From a virus (taxonomy: Duplodnaviria > Heunggongvirae > Uroviricota > Caudoviricetes > Demerecviridae), in IMG/VR virus record IMGVR_UViG_2974499565_000001, positions 1-38,702 of that record: a stretch of DNA of 38,702 nt; one strand, given 5' to 3'. Of the stretch, positions 32,938 to 38,702 are shown piece by piece. Position 1 is the first letter of the stretch. Each line of letters starts with the position of its first letter. A model generated the notes under the pieces. That model was given only the letters and a program-made list of their open reading frames with translations. It ran no database searches and was not told where the DNA came from. Both the position numbers and the translations under genes were made by a program.

Positions 32938-34273
32938 ATGCAATTTTAGCTAATTGTACTGCTTTCTCCGGAGTCATAGTAATAGTTTTCCATGCGTTAT
33001 TGCGATACACGGCCATACGTCCAGAAGCCTGTCTTAAACCAGTACCTCCTTTCATAATTAAATCTACAACAATCGGATCTAGTTTTCCGTCAACAATACG
33101 TTGAACGCGACCTGCTAGCTGTTCTATGAGAGATTCATTATTAATGAGACTTCCCATTATTAAACAAGATAGCTCGTTAAGAGAAATACCTTCTGAGAAG
33201 ATACTCTGAGCTGCTGCAAGTACACAAGGTCCGCCCTCCGCTACATCTTTCTGGATTCTCAATCGATCATCCAAAGGAGTTGCACCTATAATCTCATAGG
33301 TTGTAACACCACGTTGTGCGAGAGCTTCTAGTATTGTTTGAATTAGTTCTGTTCTATCACTTACAAAGAGAACCTTATGTCCCATGTTTACGTACAGATG
33401 TGCCAGATTAATAATAGTCTGACGATATTCAGGATTAGAGTATACATCATTAGCACGTAAAGCCCATGGAACGTTCTGGTTTCCAGAAAGCTCAACCGGT
33501 ACGGAGTACCTGTGGATTGTAGGAGGAACAGTATTATTAACCGGAGGACTAAAGATCTTATATCCAAAGAAATCTTTGAACATAACTTGCAAACCATCCT
33601 TACGTTTCAACGTACCGGATAGCCCAATCTTGTAGCGAGCGCAGGAAATTTCTAAGAAATTAGTAAATGTAGTTGCTACACAATGGTGCACTTCGTCTAC
33701 AATGACTGTACCAAACACTTTGGAAAGCTGGTTAGCGTGTTTGTTTACTGTCTGTATGTTACTGACCACAATAGGAGGGTCAATATTATACTTTCCTGAG
33801 CCAATAACTCCAGGTTCAAACCCAAACCACTTACGAACCTCGGCCATCCACATTTCACGGATGGAAGTATTTGTACATATTACTAGAGTTTTCTGTCCAA
33901 ACTTATATGCGAGTGCTAATGCTAGGATAGTTTTACCAAATCCTGGTTTACCATTGATAATACAGGTATCATCACACTCTTCATAAATAGGTAACTGATC
34001 CTCTTCACGCAGTTTAAACGATGGTTTTGGAATATTCACCGGAGCCAACGTGCGTTTATCAACCAGTTCGTACTTCACTCCCTTAGCATCTAGCAAATCT
34101 AGACGTGTAATGGGAATCCACTTAATCTCTTTAGCAACAACACCACTATTCTTATACATAATAGGGTATTTACTTGTCATTGTCTCGACATGATAAGTGG
34201 TTTGCTTACTACAATAATCCCAAAGTTCATCATCGGGCTTGAAATAGGCTTTATTAGATATAACAACCTTCAT
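32921..34273 (-). CDS. D10: Superfamily 2 helicase (UvsW-like)
   Basis: GKPGFGKT, VDEVHH, GLSGT, SEGIS and QLAGRVQR motifs; 450 aa. Confidence 0.95.
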   Translation of the reverse strand: MKVVISNKAYFKPDDELWDYCSKQTTYHVETMTSKYPIMYKNSGVVAKEIKWIPITRLDLLDAKGVKYELVDKRTLAPVNIPKPSFKLREEDQLPIYEECDDTCIINGKPGFGKTILALALAYKFGQKTLVICTNTSIREMWMAEVRKWFGFEPGVIGSGKYNIDPPIVVSNIQTVNKHANQLSKVFGTVIVDEVHHCVATTFTNFLEISCARYKIGLSGTLKRKDGLQVMFKDFFGYKIFSPPVNNTVPPTIHRYSVPVELSGNQNVPWALRANDVYSNPEYRQTIINLAHLYVNMGHKVLFVSDRTELIQTILEALAQRGVTTYEIIGATPLDDRLRIQKDVAEGGPCVLAAAQSIFSEGISLNELSCLIMGSLINNESLIEQLAGRVQRIVDGKLDPIVVDLIMKGGTGLRQASGRMAVYRNNAWKTITMTPEKAVQLAKIAFGNCS

Positions 34274-34767
34274 AATTTTATTCTAAGTCTAGGAATTTCA
34301 GGCTCCTCTTGATGGACTTGGTAAATAACAGGGCTATTATTTACCAGAATATAGCTTATATAAGCTGGTACATTAGAAAGTACAAAGGGATACGGAACCT
34401 TCGCTACGTAACATTGATACTTTCCATTATAAATTCTTGCAGACTGCAGGACTTTCGCAGTTACAACATCATAAAACGTAGTTTTCTTCCAGTTAATGAG
34501 ATTTCCATCAGAATCTATAAACTGAGTACGTTTCGATCCCACTAGCTGGGATAACATTGATATTCTACCACGAATAGGATAGAGCTTGTAAGGTAATTCC
34601 TTTCTTTTCTCATATAGAACAAGTCTACGTTGAGAAAATGTGCCAGGCAACTTCCTATTATCTAGCACATACTTGTTATATCTTGTAGTTATTACGGAAT
34701 AATCACCTTCTTGCTCAATTGATTCAAAAGCCCGCAGTGCATATACGGGCAGTTTGAAATCAAGCAC
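34270..34767 (-). CDS. Hypothetical protein, 165 aa, basic (T5-syntenic)
   Basis: Overlaps the pol stop and the D10 start, consistent with translational coupling. Confidence 0.8.
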   Translation of the reverse strand: MLDFKLPVYALRAFESIEQEGDYSVITTRYNKYVLDNRKLPGTFSQRRLVLYEKRKELPYKLYPIRGRISMLSQLVGSKRTQFIDSDGNLINWKKTTFYDVVTAKVLQSARIYNGKYQCYVAKVPYPFVLSNVPAYISYILVNNSPVIYQVHQEEPEIPRLRIKL

Positions 34768-37327
34768 CGAGAATCCGCTTCACGTTATCCAGATCTTTAC
34801 ATACAGCAATAAACTTATCATCCTTGTACTTGCTGTGGTCTGGATGCTCTTTATCCATAGCTGCTAACTTCTTGTATTCGAAGTCTGCATCGAGTAATAC
34901 ACCCTTAACATAACGAGTATATTCATCATCATCGATACATGCGATAGACGGGTGTTGTTTCTTCATCTTACCACAGGAGTAGTCACGAGACCCTCCAATT
35001 TCAGAATCAGAATCAATACCAATCGGGCAACCAGGGATACTGATACCGCGGTCTTTCTGAATGTTACGAATCAGGATTTCATTATACTGCTCGATCAGAT
35101 CTTCACGTACAATGGCAACCACGGAGTCGTGAACCAACATGACGATCTTCATCTCTTTTCCTAGACCCAGGGACAGGATTTCTTCATCAGCATCAATCGC
35201 ACCTAACAGCAGGCTGTCAGAAGATGCAGACTGAATGATTGCGTTAAATCCAGAACGGATTTCTTCACCCTGAACACCACGATCTTCGGAGTGGATGTTG
35301 TGCAGACGACGCTTACGACCAAAGTGACTGTAGATGAATCCAAAGTTCTTGATCTGATCGTGGCACTTATCAATCCAACGCTTAAGCTGCGGGAACTGAC
35401 CGAAGTAAGTTTCGATATAATCTTTCGCATCGGCAACAGTACATTCAACGAACGGTTCACCGGTTTTAGCTGCTTGCTCAAGCAATGCTTCGTTAACAGA
35501 ATGAGCTACCTTAGCTGGGCCAGAACCATACAGAATACCGAAGGTAATTGCCTTAGCTGCCTGACGCAGAGCTGGGAACAGCTTCTTAACATCACGCGGT
35601 TCACAGGATAATTTAAATACCATGTGGGCGATGTTAGAGTGGAAGTCAGGATACTTATCTGGCTCATTTTTCATGTTGATGAATACTTGTTGCATGTTTC
35701 TGTCACCAGACAGTACAGCAGCATAGTAAACTTCAGCAGTTGTTAAGTCCCATGCGATTACACGATATCCAGGTGGTGCAACTACACAACCTTTAATAAT
35801 GGATTCATCACGTGGTAACTGTTGCAGGTTCAGTTTACCAGAAGAACTCAGACGACCAGAAGTAGTCATGTGTTCATGGAACCCCGTACGGATGCAACCA
35901 TCGGCATCAATACTCAGAAGAATCTTCTCAACATAAGTAGAGATCAGCTTAGTCAGCTTACGAATCTCTAGCAGAGTCTTAGCAATCGGATGTTGAGTTG
36001 CTAATTCATTCAGAGCTTCTGCGTTCGTAGAATCTGCACCAGTATCTGTTAATTTACCCGTTGGAGTTAAGCCAACATAATCGAACAGAAGAACACGAAG
36101 TTGCTTAACAGAGTTAGGGTTAAATGCTTCATTCTGATCCTGCTCTAGCTTCTTAACTTCTGGATAAGTATACAGATGTTCACGAGCCGTGTTCAGACGA
36201 TGGGTCAGCTGATATTGAGCTTCTTTCAAGCGATCAACAGAAATAGGAACACCACGATCTTCAACACGTTGCAGGAATACACAACCAGGCATCAGAACTT
36301 CGTAATACAGATCACGCAGTTTCTCATTCTTCTCAATCTTCGGTAAGAAGAAGTTATGCAGACGCAAAGTAGCATCTGTATCTTTTGCAGCATATGGCCA
36401 CATAATATCAAACGGAATCAGATCATAGCTGAAATCCTCTTTCTTGATCTTATGGGCTTTGCAATAATCGTCCTTGAACTTATCGAGTTCAAAATCGTAA
36501 TCACCCATGTCAGTGTACTTCATAGCAAGAGATTTCAAGCCGTGAGTACCACGACGTTCATCTAGAACATAGTGTTGTAACATGGTATCATGAAGTCTAC
36601 GCTCTTTGCTAGCTTTCTCGAAGGAAAGTCCTAGATGGTAGGAATAAAAGTGCATATCGAACTTCAAGTTATGAAAAACAATGCCATGATTCTCACTGTC
36701 CAGAATCTTCTGAAGATAGTGAACTGCCACTTCTGTAATCACATCGGCGTCAATATAAACACCCTGGTACTCTTGGTGAGAAATGGAAACACCAAGCAGA
36801 TAACCATCACGGCAGTACAAAGCCGAGGTTTCGGAGTCAAATGCGATCGGGCCGATAACCATGTTATACACCATCTTGATGTATTCTTCGGCTTCATCAG
36901 GATCTGTAATCGGGCGATAATCACCAGCTTTAGCAATCTTCTCACGACCATTTATAATGTCATGAATACTTTCGACAGTTGCTTCAAAGACAGGTTTCAT
37001 TTCAGGTTTAAAGTGTAGCTGCGCTGGACTAATACTTGCAATCCAGTTCGCATACCCATTATGCTCTACACGTTTACCAGTATAATCACCAATACCTTTT
37101 TTACCTGCGAAGTGCAGGAAAGGTTCAGCACCAACTAGTACGACAAAATCGTAATCATTCGGGTCGAATGGATTATCTGGAGTTCCAAGGGTAATATGCT
37201 TTTTCAGCAAACGTCCAGATAGTTTCTCGTTACACATATGGAATACGTCAACTTCCTCACCGTAAAGCTGGAAGTGTTTATCATAACGAGTGTTATTTAG
37301 AGCTTTGTCAACTACTGCAATTTTCAA
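34760..37327 (-). CDS. pol: DNA polymerase, family A, with 3'-5' exonuclease
   Basis: 855 aa, the T5 length. Exo motifs FDSET, HNLKFD and YAAKD; polymerase motifs RLSSSGKLNLQQ, WDLTTAE, RQAAKAITFGILYG and VHDS. TTG start after AAGGAG. Confidence 0.97.
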   Translation of the reverse strand: MKIAVVDKALNNTRYDKHFQLYGEEVDVFHMCNEKLSGRLLKKHITLGTPDNPFDPNDYDFVVLVGAEPFLHFAGKKGIGDYTGKRVEHNGYANWIASISPAQLHFKPEMKPVFEATVESIHDIINGREKIAKAGDYRPITDPDEAEEYIKMVYNMVIGPIAFDSETSALYCRDGYLLGVSISHQEYQGVYIDADVITEVAVHYLQKILDSENHGIVFHNLKFDMHFYSYHLGLSFEKASKERRLHDTMLQHYVLDERRGTHGLKSLAMKYTDMGDYDFELDKFKDDYCKAHKIKKEDFSYDLIPFDIMWPYAAKDTDATLRLHNFFLPKIEKNEKLRDLYYEVLMPGCVFLQRVEDRGVPISVDRLKEAQYQLTHRLNTAREHLYTYPEVKKLEQDQNEAFNPNSVKQLRVLLFDYVGLTPTGKLTDTGADSTNAEALNELATQHPIAKTLLEIRKLTKLISTYVEKILLSIDADGCIRTGFHEHMTTSGRLSSSGKLNLQQLPRDESIIKGCVVAPPGYRVIAWDLTTAEVYYAAVLSGDRNMQQVFINMKNEPDKYPDFHSNIAHMVFKLSCEPRDVKKLFPALRQAAKAITFGILYGSGPAKVAHSVNEALLEQAAKTGEPFVECTVADAKDYIETYFGQFPQLKRWIDKCHDQIKNFGFIYSHFGRKRRLHNIHSEDRGVQGEEIRSGFNAIIQSASSDSLLLGAIDADEEILSLGLGKEMKIVMLVHDSVVAIVREDLIEQYNEILIRNIQKDRGISIPGCPIGIDSDSEIGGSRDYSCGKMKKQHPSIACIDDDEYTRYVKGVLLDADFEYKKLAAMDKEHPDHSKYKDDKFIAVCKDLDNVKRILGA

Positions 37328-37388
37328 ATTTAGTCTCCTTTTGGTAAGTAAGTATAACTTCAGTGTTTCTTCTCTAACTTACCAATAT

Positions 37389-37418
37389 ATTATACCAAAT
37401 CTTTAAGCGATTCAGCAA
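37389..37418 (-). promoter_or_regulatory. Early promoter for pol, inside the primase 3' end
   Basis: On the minus strand: TTGCTG, 18 bp, TATAAT, with an extended -10 (TGGTATAAT). Confidence 0.75.
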
Positions 37419-38280
37419 CTAAAATTTCAATACGTTGTGCTAACGTATCGATCTCTTCTTTATTAAGATCACCTGGGTCTTTCCCGTCTGGAAGAAGGAA
37501 ATTACCAACTACAGGTGTTAAACGTGTTTTTGTACGAATTAACTTAGCTAATGCTTGAGCAGCTTTATTACCGGAAGCATCGTTATCTAATAGAATAACT
37601 ACAACTTTAACTCCAGCAATAATGTAAGGGCTGAACTTATCTGCAATGTTATCAGAAGTGAACTGATGTGTACCAAAGCAGCAAGATGCGTAGTTAACAC
37701 CATTATCTTCTAGATTAAGCATATCAAAGATACCTTCAACTAGAACAAGAACTGGTGTGTTATATCGTACAGGGAAAATCGGTGGTGAAACTTGTTTAGG
37801 TTTTACTAAGTATTTAGGAGGGGCAGAACTGTTAATAGAACGACCCAGGAATAGGATATTACGTCCAACAGCATCTGTTATTGGGAATACAATTCTGCCT
37901 TCCCAGTCTGCTTGATGTTGGAAAGCAAAATATTTCTTCAAGGTCTTAGAACTGATACCTCGGAAATCACCTTCGAAAAGGTAAGCAGATTCAGGAATTG
38001 CAAGATTCGTAGATCCATTCCTAATCTCTGAAATCTTTTTACGTACTTGTGACAATCTTGGGGACTGTCGGTACTGAGTCTCATTAAAATAATGGTAAAT
38101 GCTTGGTATACCTTTACCGAAGCCACAACTCAAGCAATGCATAACTCCAGATTCTGGATCAATACGCAAACTTGGATGTTTATCATCATGATCTGGGTTG
38201 AGACAACAGATGAGGATGTCCCCACCTGTGTCTTTATATTCAATGCCTTTCAGATCAAGTAGTTCTGTTATTCTACTCAT
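37390..38280 (-). CDS. pri: DNA primase
   Basis: Zn finger CLNPDH..CLSC and TOPRIM motifs VEGIFD and LDNDASG; 296 aa. Confidence 0.95.
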   Translation of the reverse strand: MSRITELLDLKGIEYKDTGGDILICCLNPDHDDKHPSLRIDPESGVMHCLSCGFGKGIPSIYHYFNETQYRQSPRLSQVRKKISEIRNGSTNLAIPESAYLFEGDFRGISSKTLKKYFAFQHQADWEGRIVFPITDAVGRNILFLGRSINSSAPPKYLVKPKQVSPPIFPVRYNTPVLVLVEGIFDMLNLEDNGVNYASCCFGTHQFTSDNIADKFSPYIIAGVKVVVILLDNDASGNKAAQALAKLIRTKTRLTPVVGNFLLPDGKDPGDLNKEEIDTLAQRIEILVAESLKDLV

Positions 38281-38702
38281 ATATCACTGGCCTGTTCACC
38301 GGAGGAATTTTCTGGTTTCTCTTTCTTAGCACGTTTAGGTTGAGCTGGTTTATCTTTCTCAATTGGAATAACAAATTCAGCTTCCATTTGAATCACGTCT
38401 TCCATAGCCAAGTTAGTAGTGTTGTCCATTCGTAGAGTTTCCCAGTTCATCTTAGGCATGAACTTCACACCATCCGAGTTACGGGTCTTAACGAAGTCAA
38501 ACATAATAGCACCTTGACCGTTATCAGCTTTAGCAGCATTAAGGTTGGCAGCCATGTCTGCGGAATCTAGGATACCTTTAGACATACGAGTTCTACCATC
38601 TTGATCGATCTGATAAGGGGCTACACCAGCAACATTATGCTTCTGACAAATGGATTTGAAAGATGAACTTACAACCATCTGTTCTTTCCAGTCATACATG
38701 TC
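38277..38702 (-). CDS. D6: Replicative DnaB-like helicase, 3' fragment (5' part outside the window)
   Basis: APYQ..RMSKGILDSAD..VKTRN late DnaB motifs. Open to the window edge, upstream of primase as in T5. Confidence 0.85.
   Translation of the reverse strand, partial: DMYDWKEQMVVSSSFKSICQKHNVAGVAPYQIDQDGRTRMSKGILDSADMAANLNAAKADNGQGAIMFDFVKTRNSDGVKFMPKMNWETLRMDNTTNLAMEDVIQMEAEFVIPIEKDKPAQPKRAKKEKPENSSGEQASDI

Noticed and set aside
34952-37018. Antisense ORFs inside pol (35291-35611, 36635-37018 and others)
   Set aside because: Same shadow-ORF explanation; they have no motifs.
483-38280. Introns or inteins in terL, helicase, polymerase or primase
   Set aside because: The ORFs are uninterrupted and match recalled T5 lengths (438, 450, 855, 296 aa), and no intein motifs were seen.
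1-38702. CRISPR arrays, tRNA/rRNA, integrase/IS elements, invertible fibre cassette or DGR
   Set aside because: I found no spaced repeat array, cloverleaf, recombinase or reverse transcriptase ORF, and no long inverted or template repeats around the fibre genes, by manual reading.

Overview
This window is a 38.7-kb segment of a T5-like lytic phage genome (Demerecviridae, Markadamsvirinae; the genus cannot be fixed without alignment). The + strand (1-26745) carries the late morphogenesis module in T5 gene order: terS, terL, a GIY-YIG-like endonuclease, an HNH nicking endonuclease, portal, decoration protein, prohead protease, major capsid, head/tail completion proteins, tail tube, chaperones, tape measure, Dit, hub, straight fibre, collar and two lateral tail fibre genes (ltfA/ltfB, DT57C-type). 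The - strand (26782-38702) carries the early replication/recombination module: an 88-aa ORF, dUTPase, D15 flap endonuclease, D14, D13/D12, D11, D10 helicase, DNA polymerase, primase and the 3' end of the replicative helicase. The two modules meet at a bidirectional terminator. I found no tRNA, rRNA, CRISPR array, integrase, intron or intein. Most of the window is canonical T5. The strongest leads are: (1) a probable +1 (not the usual -1) ribosomal frameshift fusing the tail chaperone ORFs at TTT_CGT or AAA_G; (2) a free-standing Zn-repeat/GIY-YIG endonuclease with an RBS-occluding hairpin, apparently inserted at the start codon of the nicking endonuclease; (3) a homologous domain with codon-aligned microhomology shared by ltfA and ltfB that could collapse the branched fibre into one chimera; (4) an exact 25-nt terminator-tail/leader/ATG cassette used twice; (5) three same-strand RGCGCAGG candidate nick sites. 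All homology calls come from recalled protein and promoter sequences plus synteny, not from database searches.
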